A stretch of DNA of 64,000 bases from Macrostomum lignano (GCA_002269645.1 NIVC01002697.1:1-64000), one strand, 5' to 3'; positions 38,156 through 49,936 are shown, counted from the first letter of the stretch. The notes: generated by a model not told the origin, from the letters alone. Made by a program: numbers and translations.

Positions 38156-39661
38156 CTAGTAACGACGGTAGGAGCTGTAGCTTGGACGGTAGGAGCTGTA
38201 GCTCGGGTAGTAGGAGCTGTAGCTTGGACGGTAGGAGCTGTAGCTCGGGTAGTAGGAGCTGTAGCTTGGACGGTAGGAGCTGTAGCTTGGGTAGTAGGAG
38301 CTGTAGCTTGGACGGTAGGAGCTGTAGCTCGGGTAGTAAGAGCTGTAGCTTGGACGGTAGGAGCTGTAGCTCGGGTAGTAGGAGCTGTAGCTTGGACGGT
38401 AGGAGCTGTAGCTCGGGTAGTAGGAGCTGTAGCTTGGACGGTAGGAGCTGTAGCTCGGATAGTAGGAGCTGTAGCTTGGACGGTAGGAGCTGTAGCTCGG
38501 GTAGTAGGAGCTGTAGCTTGGACGGTAGGAGCTGTAGCTCGGGTAGTAGGAGCTGTAGCTTGGACGGTAGGAGCTGTAGCTCGGGTAGTAGGAGCTGTAG
38601 CTTGGACGGTAGGAGCTGTAGCTCGGGTAGTAGGAGCTGTAGCTTGGACGGTAGGAGCTGTAGCTCGGATAGTAGGAGCTGTAGCTTGGACGGTAGGAGC
38701 TGTAGCTCGGATAGTAGGAGCTGTAGCTTGGACGGTAGGAGCTGTAGCTCGGGTAGTAGGAGCTGTAGCTTGGACGGTAGGAGCTGTAGCTCGGGTAGTA
38801 AGAGCTGTAGCTTGGACGGTAGGAGCTGTAGCTCGGGTAGTAGGAGCTGTAGCTTGGACGGTAGGAGCTGTAGCTCGGGTAGTAGGAGCTGTAGCTTGGA
38901 CGGTAGGAGCTGTAGCTCGGGTAGTAGGAGCTGTAGCTTGGACGGTAGGAGCTGTAGCTCGGGTAGTAAGAGCTGTAGCTTGGACGGTAGGAGCTGTAGC
39001 TCGGGTAGTAAGAGCTGTAGCTTGGACGGTAGGAGCTGTAGCTCGGGTAGTAAGAGCTGTAGCTTGGACGGTAGGAGCTGTAGCTCGGGTAGTAGGAGCT
39101 GTAGCTTGGACGGTAGGAGCTGTAGCTTGGGTAGTAGGAGCTGTAGCTTGGACGGTAGGAGCTGTAGCTTGGACGGTAGGAGCTGTAGCTCGGGTAGTAG
39201 GAGCTGTAGCTTGGACGGTAGGAGCTGTAGCTCGGGTAGTAAGAGCTGTAGCTTGGACGGTAGGAGCTGTAGCTTGGACGGTAGGAGCTGTAGCTCGGGT
39301 AGTAGGAGCTGTAGCTTGGACGGTAGGAGCTGTAGCTCGGGTAGTAGGAGCTGTAGCTTGGACGGTAGGAGCTGTAGCTCGGGTAGTAAGAGCTGTAGCT
39401 TGGACGGTAGGAGCTGTAGCTCGGGTAGTAGGAGCTGTAGCTTGGACGGTAGGAGCTGTAGCTCGGGTAGTAGGAGCTGTAGCTTGGACGGTAGGAGCTG
39501 TAGTGGGTGGTCCAGCTAGAAGAGCTCCGATAAGAGCTGCCATAGTGGCTCGGATAGCAACTCGCCGACGGCAGGTAGGAAACGTAGCTGGTGTACCGGC
39601 CCTGCCCAGAGGCTACAAGTGTGAAGCCTAGCAGGCAGCAAAGCAGTGCGGCGGCTTTCAT
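38156..39661 (-). CDS. Secreted Ser/Tyr/Pro-rich tandem-repeat protein (501 aa; about 63 heptads SYSSYRP / SYSSYYP)
   Basis: ATG at 39661, then signal-peptide-like MKAAALLCCLLGFTLVASG|Q, a unique S/Y-rich linker, an uninterrupted repeat and a stop just after it. TATAAA lies about 75 bp upstream. All nucleotide variants among repeats are synonymous in this frame only. Confidence 0.85.
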   Translation of the reverse strand: MKAAALLCCLLGFTLVASGQGRYTSYVSYLPSASCYPSHYGSSYRSSSSWTTHYSSYRPSYSSYYPSYSSYRPSYSSYYPSYSSYRPSYSSYYPSYSSYRPSYSSYYPSYSSYRPSYSSYYPSYSSYRPSYSSYRPSYSSYYPSYSSYRPSYSSYYPSYSSYRPSYSSYRPSYSSYYPSYSSYRPSYSSYYPSYSSYRPSYSSYYPSYSSYRPSYSSYYPSYSSYRPSYSSYYPSYSSYRPSYSSYYPSYSSYRPSYSSYYPSYSSYRPSYSSYYPSYSSYRPSYSSYYPSYSSYRPSYSSYYPSYSSYRPSYSSYYPSYSSYRPSYSSYYPSYSSYRPSYSSYYPSYSSYRPSYSSYYPSYSSYRPSYSSYYPSYSSYRPSYSSYYPSYSSYRPSYSSYYPSYSSYRPSYSSYYPSYSSYRPSYSSYYPSYSSYRPSYSSYYPSYSSYRPSYSSYYPSYSSYRPSYSSYYPSYSSYRPSYSSYYPSYSSYRPSYSSYRRY

Positions 39662-39735
39662 GTCTGGAGAATTTTTCAAATGGTTGTCGAAGTCTACGCA
39701 AGAAATAGCAGATTTGACAGCATTTTAGGCTTTCA

Positions 39736-39741
39736 TTTATA
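39736..39741 (-). promoter_or_regulatory. Candidate TATA box of the Ser/Tyr-rich secreted protein gene
   Basis: TATAAA on the minus strand, about 75 nt upstream of the ATG. Confidence 0.5.
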
Positions 39742-40819
39742 GTGCTCTGCTTCATCTGTTCAAACAATTAAAATAGGCAGTGCCGTTGCTAAGTGCCCCA
39801 ACCACTCACGTATGTTTGCTTACCAAATCAGGCGGCTGTGATCAAATCCATTTGGCGATTTCGTGGTCATTAGTAGAGTAGCTTAATTGGTTTCCTAAGT
39901 GAACACGTGTCCCACGCTTTGATACGAGCTAGCTCAGCTGCGTTTACCGTGGGTCAGAAGCAATTAACTGCGCAAACTTCCAAATTTCATGGTCCATTTT
40001 TGGTAATTTAGTTAGAAATGAAAAAACGGACGTCATTAGATTTGAATAGATTTGACTTTTCAGCAGATTCAGCAGAAACTCGGAGAGACAGATCGGGAAT
40101 GACTTGTGGCGCATATGGAGGCATGTTGAACTGGTCTAACAATCCGTCCATGTCTTGAACTGAAACTGTCTGCGATGAGATTCATCGACTCTTCTACGCT
40201 CGTACGAGTAACTTTCTCCCCACACACTTGAACCATCTCCGAGCTGCTCTACCATATGTGGCACTCGATAAGTCAAAAACTTTTTTCTATCGTTAAAATT
40301 CTATCAATATAATCAATCTAGTCAACACTAGAGAATAGCTCATTCGTTCCTGGGATGGCTTTGTTGGATATTACACTGTTGGATATTTCTTCAACATATC
40401 TTATATTTAAGTTGGCTCTGCCCATCTGGTAGCTACCAGATGCTGGGGAGGAAAGAGATCAAGAACAACCTACAGAAAATCAAGTATCAAGGATACGTGC
40501 CGCACTGTATTGATGTCGTCATAGTGTTATCAGGCCTATTGATGGCGCCGCAGCTCACATAACTGGGGATGAATCTCTTTGGAGATTCGATAGACCTAAA
40601 ATCTCTGCGTGAAACCAATTGAAGCAAGAGTAATTACCCAGTTGAGGACTTTATTGAAACTGATTAATCAGAGGAATTCTTCATCTCGCACAGACGTCAA
40701 TTTACAGCACCGTCCAGCTTACATGGATCTCCCGGCATTCCTGCAGACATCACAGACAAACAGACGTCGGTTCTACAGCTCCCCTCCCACCGCCGGTTGC
40801 TAAGCTTGTCCAGTTTCTG

Positions 40820-41101
40820 CGCGCATCTGCACGAGCTTCAATTGTTCTTGACGCGATTTGCACGAGCTTCGATTGTTCTTGACGCGATTTGCACGAGCTT
40901 CGATTGTTCTTGACGCGATTTGCACGAGCTTCGATTGTTCTTGACGCGATTTGCACGAGCTTCGATTGTTCTTGACGCGATTTGCACGAGCTTCGATTGT
41001 TCTTGACGCGATTTGCACGAGCTTCGATTGTTCTTGACGCGATTTGCACGAGCTTCGATTGTTCTTGACGCGATTTGCACGAGCTTCGATTGTTCTTGAA
41101 G
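40820..41101. repeat. 31-bp minisatellite (GATTTGCACGAGCTTCGATTGTTCTTGACGC), almost perfect, about 9 copies
   Basis: Direct periodicity. Confidence 0.95.
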
Positions 41102-41374
41102 CGACGCCGGGAAGACTTGTTTTAGTTAGAGCGACAACACAGTGAACTGTTATATTTGCTGATTTGTTATATTTCATTGAAAATGATCTTTGAGCTATTG
41201 GTGAAAGTTGAAATAGAAAGTGCATGATGTACGCGAGTAGGATGCACGCTTGGCGCGGATTTCAGGGCTCAAGGTGAATTAAAATCTAACAGTCAGTCAG
41301 TAGTCAGCGGCAACACACCACTTCCCGTCGGGGAAAGCGCTACAGAAAAAATTGGTAGACCTCCCTTACACCTC

Positions 41375-41555
41375 CCTGACTTCGTTTTAAACACTCTCTG
41401 ACCCCTCTATACCCTCTCTGACTTCCTTTTACCCTTCCTGACTTCCTTTAGACCCTCCCTGACTTCCTTTAGACCCTCCCTGACTTCCTTTAGACCCTCC
41501 CTGACTTCCTTTAGACCCTCCCTAATTTCCTGTAGACCCTCCCTAATTTCCTGTA
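41375..41555. repeat. 21-bp pyrimidine-rich repeat (CTTCCTTTAGACCCTCCCTGA)
   Basis: Direct periodicity. Confidence 0.85.
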
Positions 41556-42734
41556 GACCTTACTGCCTCCATGGCCTATACTATATTTTCTTCATGACCA
41601 CCTTTACTCCCTTCCTGACAAATAGCTAAATTTATTACACTAATTAAAATTTATTGTTACCAGCCTAGCTTTCTACTTATCAGTAGAAACAATGCGCCTA
41701 GAAATTAAACAAATCTGATTCAAAGCAGGACGCATCAATTTAAACGCTATCAAACTGCCGCCATGCCCAAGATCGGCCCAGCGGCTCGCATGCCTCATCT
41801 GGCTGCGCATTCAATCATCTCCAATTCTTCCCAGAACCGTACTGACCTTTCTAAGATTTGGATGTACAAATTCCAACAACATGCTAAAGCATTAGAACTC
41901 GGCTATCGATCAGATCAATCAAATTTTATCAATAGCGGCGCTGTAGTGGAACACTGCAATTCAGCAAAGCAGCTGACTGCCGTCTGTCAGTCTCATTCAA
42001 CCACCAGTCCAGTATTCAGGCTGTACTGCACGACACATGCATATCCGGTGTGTGCAGCAATATCATCCTTGATGAATTGGGGACACGCGTTTACCGATGC
42101 GAGTGGGAGGGAGGGTCGCAAAGTCGGGGGTGGACAAATGTAGAGTTCGAAATACGAATTTACAAGAATGATTATTTGAAAATTCTGCAAGCTGAAAAAT
42201 AAATATACACTGTTACAAAATCTTTGAAGCTGTACCAATCAACATCCTTAATGGCCGACGGCAATTCAAGCTGAAACTGCTACACCGAAAACCGCTACAT
42301 AATGCATGCCATGTAGTGTCGGGAGTCCCAGCCAGACATGGGTTGAAAAAAACAGCTCAAAACAGAAACTGAGCATCACTTTGGGAATAGATAAGGGCTT
42401 GTTTTCTGCACGCAATGGCAATTTCTCTTGGGCCTGATGGCGGCTAAATCTCATAATTTTATTTCCCGTGCGGTTTTTGCCTTTTTTGTCAAGCGGATGG
42501 CGGCTGTGCTGCACTTTGGGCTCGACTGCGAGAGACCAATTATCCCGCTAGCTGCGGTTTCGGCCTTCCAAAGGCTTAGCAACTGTACTAGCAATCTTCG
42601 CCCCCCGATGGGGGACATCTGGATAGAATCTCTGTTCTCTACAATTAACAAAAAGACAGCCAAAAAATCCTTCACAAAAGCAACAGACAAACTGCTAAAA
42701 TGAAGTGAATTGCAATAAGAAATCTTCCCAAGAC

Positions 42735-43165
42735 CACAAGCATCCCCCAGATAGCAAGCATCCTCCAGATAGCAAGCATTCTCCCAGATAGCAAGCATTT
42801 CCCAGATAGCAAGCATCCCCAAGATAGCAAGCATCCTCCAGATAGCAAGCATCCCCCAGATAGCAAGCATCCCCCAGATAGCAAGCATCCCCCAGATAGC
42901 AAACATCCCCCAGATAGCAAGCATTCCCCAGATAGCAAGCATCCCTCAGATAGCAAGCATCCCCCAGATAGCAAGCATCACTCAGATAGCAAGCATCCCC
43001 CAGATAGCAAGCATCCCCCAGATAGCAAGCATCCCCCAGATAGCAAACATTCCCCAGATAGCAAGCATTCCCCAGATAGCAAGCATCCCCCAGAAAGCAA
43101 GCATCCTCCAAATAGCAAGCATCCCCAAGATAGATAGCATCCCCAAATAGCAACCATCCACCAGA
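42735..43165. repeat. 18-bp minisatellite (CCAGATAGCAAGCATCCC)
   Basis: Direct periodicity. Confidence 0.93.
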
Positions 43166-43261
43166 CAATAAGTAGCTAGAGCGACAATTTCCTTAGCTTT
43201 ATAGTGGCTCCTTTAAATTGGCATGGCGCTTTATACCTTTACATTTGAAATTGGATATCTT

Positions 43262-46200
43262 GAATGTTTGACATGGTGGCTATTTTATGTTTGACATAGT
43301 GGCTCTTCTATGTTTGACATGGTGGCTCTTTTATGTTTGACATAGTGGCTCTTTTATGTTCGACATGGTGGCTCTTCTATGTTTGACATGGTGGCTTTTT
43401 TAGGTTTGACATGGTGGCTCTTTTATGTTTGACATGTTGACTTTTTTATGTTCGACACGGTGGCTTTTTAATGTTCGACATGGTGGCTCTTTTAGGTTTG
43501 AACCGGTGGCTCTTTAATGTTTGACATGGTGGCTCTTTAATGTTCGACATGGTGGCTCTTTTATGTTCGACATGGTGGCTCTTTAATGTTTGACATGGTG
43601 GCCCTTTAATGGTTAACATGGCGGCTCTTTAATTTTCGAAATGGTGGCTCCTTAATTTTCGAAATGGTGGCTGTTTTATGTTTGACATGGTGGCTCTTTA
43701 ATGTTCGACATGGTGGCTCTTTAATGTTTGACATGGTGGCCCTTTAATGGTTAACATGGCGGCTCTTTAATTTTCGAAATGGTGGCTCCTTAATTTTCGA
43801 AATGGTGGCTGTTTTATGTTTGACATGGTGGCTCTTTAATGTTCGACATGGTGGCTCTTTAATGTTTGACATGGTGTCTGTTTTATGTTTGATATGGTGG
43901 CTCTTTAATGTTCGACATGGTGGCTCTTTAATGTTTGACATGGTAACTCTTTTATGTTTGATATGGTGGCTCTTTAATGTTCGACATGGTGGCTCTTTAA
44001 TGTTCGACATGGTGGCTCTTTAATGTTCGACATGGTGGCTCTTTAATTTTTAACATGGTGACTCTTTTATGTTCGACATGGTGGCTCTTTTATGTTTGAC
44101 ATAGTGGCTCTTCTATGTTTGACATGGTGGCTCTTTAATGTTTGACATGGTGGCTCTATTATGTTTGACATGGTGGCTCTTCTATGTTTGACATGGTATG
44201 GTGGCTTTTTTAGGTTTGACATGGTGGCTCTTTTATGTTTGACATGTTGGCTTTTTAATGTTCGACATGGTGGCTTTTTAATGTTCGACATGGTGGCTCC
44301 TTTAGGTTTGAAATGGTGGCTCTTTAATATTTGACAAGGTGGCTCTTTAATGTTCGACATGGTGGCTCTTTTAGGTTTGAACCGGTGGCTCTTTAATGTT
44401 TGACATGGTGTCTGTTTTATGTTTGACATGGTGGCTCTTTAATGTTCGACATGGTGGCTCTTTAATGTTCGACATGGTGGCTCTTTAATTTTTAACATGG
44501 TGACTCTTTTATGTTCGACATGGTGGCTCCTTAAGGTTTGAAATATTGGCTCTTTAATGTTTAACATGGTGGCTTTTCTATGTTCGACATGGTGGCTTTT
44601 CTATGTTCGACATGGTGGCTCTTGTATGTTCGACATGGTGGCTCTTTTAATGGTCGACATGGTGGCTCTTTAATGTTCTTCATGTTGGCTCTTTTATGTT
44701 TGACATGGTGGCTTTTTTATGTTTGACATGGTGGCTCTTTTATGTTCTACATAGCTGCTCTTTTATGTTCGACATTGTGGCTCTTGTATGTTCGACAGGG
44801 TCGCTCTTTTAGGTTTGAAATGGTGGCTCTTTAATATTTGACAAGGTGGCCCTTTAATGTTTAACATGGCGGCTCTTAAATTTTCGAAATGGTGGCTGTT
44901 TTATATTTGACATGGTGGCTCTTTAATGTTCGACATGGTGGCTCTTTAATGTTCTTAATGGTGTCTGTTTTATGTTTGACATGGTTGCTCTTTTATGTTC
45001 GACATGGTGGCTCTTTAATTTTTAACATGGTAACTCTTTTATGTTTGATATGGTGGCTCTTTTATGTTCGACATGGTGGCTCTTGTATGTTCGACATGGT
45101 GGCTTCTTTAGGTTTGAAATGGTGGCTCTTTAATATTTGACAAGGTGGCTCTTTAATGTTCGACATGGTGGCTCTTTTAGGTTTGAAATGGTGGGTCTTT
45201 AATGCTTGACAATGTGGCTCTTTAATGTTTGACATGGTGGCTCTTTAATGTTCGACATGGTGGCTCTTTAATGTTTGACATGGTAACTCTTTTATGTTTG
45301 ATATGGTGGCTCTTTAATGTTCGACATGGTGGCTCTTTAATGTTTGACATGGTGGCTCTTTAATGTTTGACATGGTAACTCTTTTATGTTTGATATGGTG
45401 GCTCTTTTATGTTCGACATGGTGGCTCTTGTATGTTCGACATGGTGGCTTCTTTAGGTTTGAAATGGTGGCTCTTTAATATTTGACAAGGTGGCTCTTTA
45501 ATGTTTGACATGGTGGCTTTTTAATGTTCGACATGGTGGCTCTTTTAGGTTTGAACCGGTGGCTCTTTAATGTTTGACATGGTGGCTCTTTAATGTTTGA
45601 CATGGTGTCTGTTTTATGTTTGACATGGTGGCTCTTTAATGTTCGACATGGTGGCTCTTTTAGGTTTGAACCGGTGGCTCTTTAATGTTTGACATGGTGG
45701 CTCTTTAATGTTTGAAATGGTGGCTCTTTAATGTTCGACATGGTGACTCTTTAATTTTTAACATGGTGACTCTTTCATGTTCGACATGGTGGCTCCTTTA
45801 GGTTTGAAATATTGGCTCTTTAATGTTTAACATGGTGGCTTTTCTATGTTCGACATGGTGGCTTTTCTATGTTCGACATGGTGGCTCTTGTATGTTCGAC
45901 ATAGTGGCTCTTTTATGTTCGACATGGTGGCTCTTGTATGTTCGACAGGGTCGCTCTTTTAGGTTTGAAATGGTGGCTCTTTAATATTTGACAAGGTGGC
46001 CCTTTAATGTTTAACATAGCGGCTCTTAAATTTTCGAAATGGTGGCTCCTTAATTTTCGAAATGGTGGCTGTTTTAGGTTTGACATGGTGGCTCTTTAAT
46101 GTTCTTAATGGTGTCTGTTTTATGTTTGACATGGTGGCTCTTTAATTTTTAACATGGTGGCTCTTTTAGGTTTGAAACGGTGGCTCTTTAATGTTTGACA

Positions 46201-46832
46201 TGGTGGCTTTTCTATGTTCGACATGGTGGCTCTTGTATGTTCGACATGGTGGCTTCTTTAGGTTTGAAATGGTGGCTCTTTAATATTTGACAAGGTGGCT
46301 CTTTAATGTTCGACATGGTGGCTCTTTAATGTTTGACATGGTGGCTCTTTTAGGTTTGAAATGGTGGGTCTTTAATGCTTGACAATGTGGCTCTTTAATG
46401 TTTGACATGGTGGCTCTTTAATGTTCGACATGGTGGCTCTTTAATGTTTGACATGGTAACTCTTTTATGTTTAATATGGTGGCTCTTTTATGTTCGACAT
46501 GGTGGCTCTTTAATGTTTGACATGGTGGCTCCTTTAGGTTTGACATGGTAACTCTTTTATGTTTGATATGGTGGCTCTTTTATGTTCGACATGGTGGCTC
46601 TTTAATTTTCGACATGGTGGCTCCTTTAGGTTTGAAATGGTGGCTCTTTAATGTTTGACATGGTGGCTCTTCTATGTTCGACATGGTGGCTCTTTAATGT
46701 TCGACATGGTGGCTCTTTAATTTTTAACATGGTAACTCTTTTATGTTCGATATGGTGGCTCTTTTATGTTCGACATGGTGGTTCTTTAATGTTCGACATG
46801 GTGGCTCCTTTAGGTTTGACATGGTGGCTCTT
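43262..46832. repeat. About 3.6-kb 21/22-bp satellite (ATGTTCGACATGGTGGCTCTTTA) with recurring variant blocks
   Basis: Direct periodicity. Confidence 0.95.
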
Positions 46833-46900
46833 CTATTGCGCTTTTTTTATGTTTAGCAGTTTTTTTGTTTTTAAGGTGTTTTAATAAAAAAATTATTTTG

Positions 46901-46962
46901 CGCTTCTAAGATTCGAACCCAGGTCGCTACATTAGCATTCCAGTCTGTTCGCATCAGGGCTA
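46901..46962 (-). other. Degenerate tRNA-like/SINE head fragment
   Basis: Perfect B box GGTTCGAATC on the minus strand, with a weak A-box-like TAGCCCTGATG about 45 nt upstream. No cloverleaf. Confidence 0.35.
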
Positions 46963-47339
46963 TCTCTTTTCAATTGGAGAACATGAATTGTGGCCCTTAT
47001 AATTCAATTCTTACAGCAAGTCAATTGGAGTAAAAAGTTATGACATAATCAATTTCTCAGTCAGCCAGTATCAGTCTCACTTCGAGTTAGCAATATGGTT
47101 ACGCAATTTCAATCAAGTCGTGTGTGCATTTCTTCGGCACTGTTTTCAACTTGTTGTGATGCAATCTTTATCAGAATTGAAATTCAGTCAGTCAGTTTTT
47201 TCTCTAGCATTCTTACAATGCATTTCAAGTCGAAAATTTGGCTTGACCTTTGCAAAAAAGCGTGTTTTTCGAATATTTAATCCCTTTAACATTGAGCAAT
47301 TTCTTAGCCAAGATGCATGTACTGTGCCAGGAAAATTTC

Positions 47340-47460
47340 TGATCGAATGATGCAAGTTTGAAGAAAATCGGTTGAGCCGTTTTTTCTGAAATCAATCGCA
47401 TACCCATATACATACATACATACAGACAACTCATTTTTAGTATATACGATTTAAAAAATA
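47340..47460 (+). mobile_element. Possible terminus of a Helitron-like non-autonomous element
   Basis: GAAAATCGGTTGAGCCGTTT ... (ACAT)n ACAGAC ... TTTTAGTATATACGAT resembles ends of invertebrate Helitron/HINE-like repeats. A similar end is at 18601-18655. Confidence 0.35.
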
Positions 47461-47657
47461 AAACTGCCACAGATGTCACACGACTTTTCACTTGAGCTCT
47501 GATCCTGTGAATTCGGATCTTCAATCGGCCAAAACGCCAATATATGACGGGCACTGCTCTTTCGCTTCCAACCAAAGCAGTTCAAGTTAAGGAGACAGTC
47601 GAGACAGAAAGTCACTAGAAATTATAGATTGAACTGACCTCTGCATGTGGGATATGG

Positions 47658-48024
47658 ACTGCTAATCTAGCCACAAGGATGCAGGAATAGAATGGATTGC
47701 TAATCTAGCCCACAAGGATGCAGGAATAGAACGGATTGCTAATCTAGCCCACAAGGATGCAGGAATACAATGGATTGCTAATCTAGCCCACAAGGATGCA
47801 GGAATACAATGGATTGCTAATATAGCCCACAAAGATGCAGGAATAGAATGGATTGCTAATCTAGCCCACAAGGATGCAGGAATATAATGGATTGCTAATC
47901 TAGCCCACAAAGATGCAGTAATAGAATGGATTGCTAATCTAGCCCACAAGGATGCAGGAATAGAATGGATTGCTAATCTAGCCCACAAGGATGCAGGAAT
48001 AGAATGGATTGCTAATCTAGCCAA
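47658..48024. repeat. 39-bp minisatellite, same family and orientation as 24160-24390
   Basis: Direct periodicity, about 9 copies. Confidence 0.93.
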
Positions 48025-48071
48025 TGTGTTTCATAAATTAATTTAAAAAAACTATTTACTAGAACCTTGGT

Positions 48072-48426
48072 CTATCTTAGATAAACTTAGATAAGCATAG
48101 ATAAACTTAGATAAGCATAGATAAACTTAGATAAGCATAGATAAACTTAGATAAGCATAGATAAACTTAGATAAGCATAGATAAACTTAGATAAGCATAG
48201 ATAAACTTAGATAAGCATAGATAAACTTAGATAAGCATAGATAAACTTAGATAAGCATAGATAAACTTAGATAAGCATAGATAAACTTAGATAAGCATAG
48301 ATAAACTTAGATAAGCATAGATAAACTTAGATAAGCATAGATAAACTTAGATAAGCATAGATAAACTTAGATAAGCATAGATAAACTTAGATAAGCATAG
48401 ATAAACTTAGATAAGCATAGATAAAC
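48072..48426. repeat. Perfect 20-bp repeat (TAGATAAACTTAGATAAGCA), internally a 10-bp dimer
   Basis: Direct periodicity, about 17-18 copies. Confidence 0.96.
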
Positions 48427-48851
48427 ACTGTAACGCACTGATCAAGAGTGCAAAACTGAATTACAGTTGCTAGGGAGGACCCGCGCCTGTCAAGAAAATG
48501 GAGCAGGATTCTGAGCCCAAGAGATAATAAGTAATCCAGTGCTGTAGAGTTCTGATGAAGCCCTGGCTGGGGAGCTGAGGAGCTGCTCACCACACAAGTG
48601 GGTGGACAGGACGAGAGGGCCAAGCGATCCCCGCTCAGAATCTGTTCGAAGTATCAAAACCATCGATTAGTCAGGTAATGAGATACGGACTGAGACGGCC
48701 AAGGTGGAAACAGAACGGGCAGGCTTCAATGGGACACATTTTTGATGGCACTGAGCTCTGCTCAATCAATGCCCCCAGCTCGAAACTTGAAAATCGTCAA
48801 GAAATTTTCGGCAAAAATGAGAATAGGATTTTGGAGTGGACAAAGGCTAGT

Positions 48852-49412
48852 GGGAGTGGAGTTGGCAGTTGGCAGTGAAGTTGGCAGTGGAGTTGGCAGT
48901 GGAGTTGGCAGTTGGCAGTGGAGTTGGCAGTTGGCAGTGGAGTTGGCAGTTGGCAGTGGAGTTGGCAGTTGGCAGTGGAGTTGGCAGTTGGCAGTGGAGT
49001 TGGCAGTTGGCAGTGGAGTTGGCAGTTGGCAGTGGAGTTGGCAGTGGAGTTGGCAGTTGGCAGTGGAATTGGCAGTGGAGTTGGCAGTTGGCAGTGGAGT
49101 TGGTAGTGGAATTGGCAGTGGAGTTGGCAGTTGGCAGTTGGCAGTGGAGTTGGCAGTTGGCAGTTGAGTTGGCAGTTGGCAGTGGAGTTGGCAGTTGGCA
49201 GTTGGCAGTGGAGTTGGCAGTTGGCAGTTGAGTTGGCAGTTGGCAGTGGAGTTGGCAGTGGAGTTGGCAGTTGAGTTGGCAGTTGGCAGTGGAGTTGGCA
49301 GTTGGCGGTGGAGTTGGCAGTTGGCGGTGGAGTTGGCAGTTGGCAGTGGAGTTGGCAGTTGGCAGTGGAATTGGCAGTTGGCAGTGGAGTTGGCAGTTGG
49401 CAGTGGAGTTAG
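48852..49412. repeat. G-rich 7/12-bp mixed repeat (GTTGGCA / GTTGGCAGTGGA)
   Basis: Direct periodicity. Confidence 0.93.
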
Positions 49413-49936
49413 CGGAGGAAGTGGATTAAATTAAATACGCTTGCTCCAAGTTGGCTACAGTCTTCAGCCAAGGTAATTACCGCCTTTACAATTCTGACCG
49501 AAAACATGTTTTACCATCCAGGATGGGTTGAAGACAATAAGAGGGGATCTGAGGATTTCTGGGAAGCGAAATTCTTCTTTGATTCCGCCGATCCGTGCTG
49601 TATAATGCAGACTTCGCTTCTATACCTTATCTCTGCGCCTGTCAACTTGAAACCCTTCAAGCATTGCACTCCTGACGCAGCTTGGCGGAGCCACGGCAAT
49701 CCAGTTTAATTTATGACTGCGTGGGCCGGACGGGATGCTGTGCAAGATGCGGCTAGAGAGCTAAATACTATTCAGAATTGATAGAGGGAAAGGAAAGCGG
49801 AGCCGCGGCACGCAATCTGAAGAATCCTCCTGGCTGCAAATTTCTGCCCCTAGGAGCTCTGCAGGCTCTTCGGCGACGTAAAAATCAAAACAGACAAACC
49901 TGACAGAGTCAGAATGCCGCGCATTTAGCAATGCAG

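Noticed and set aside
38125-39631. Mucin-like ATAPTVQ ORF, the antisense VGAVAW ORF and the SCSLDGR ORF
   Set aside because: These are alternative frames of the Ser/Tyr gene. Repeat variants are non-synonymous in them and they lack a signal peptide.
48550-48640. Hammerhead ribozyme suggested by CTGATGA
   Set aside because: No GAAA after a closable stem II and no consistent stems I/III were found by eye.
49440-49900. Possible isolated exon between satellites (also 41760-42700, 48440-48850 and 59460-60100)
   Set aside because: Only short ORFs with no recognisable motif or convincing splice pair; these could be decayed TE or unrecognised exons.
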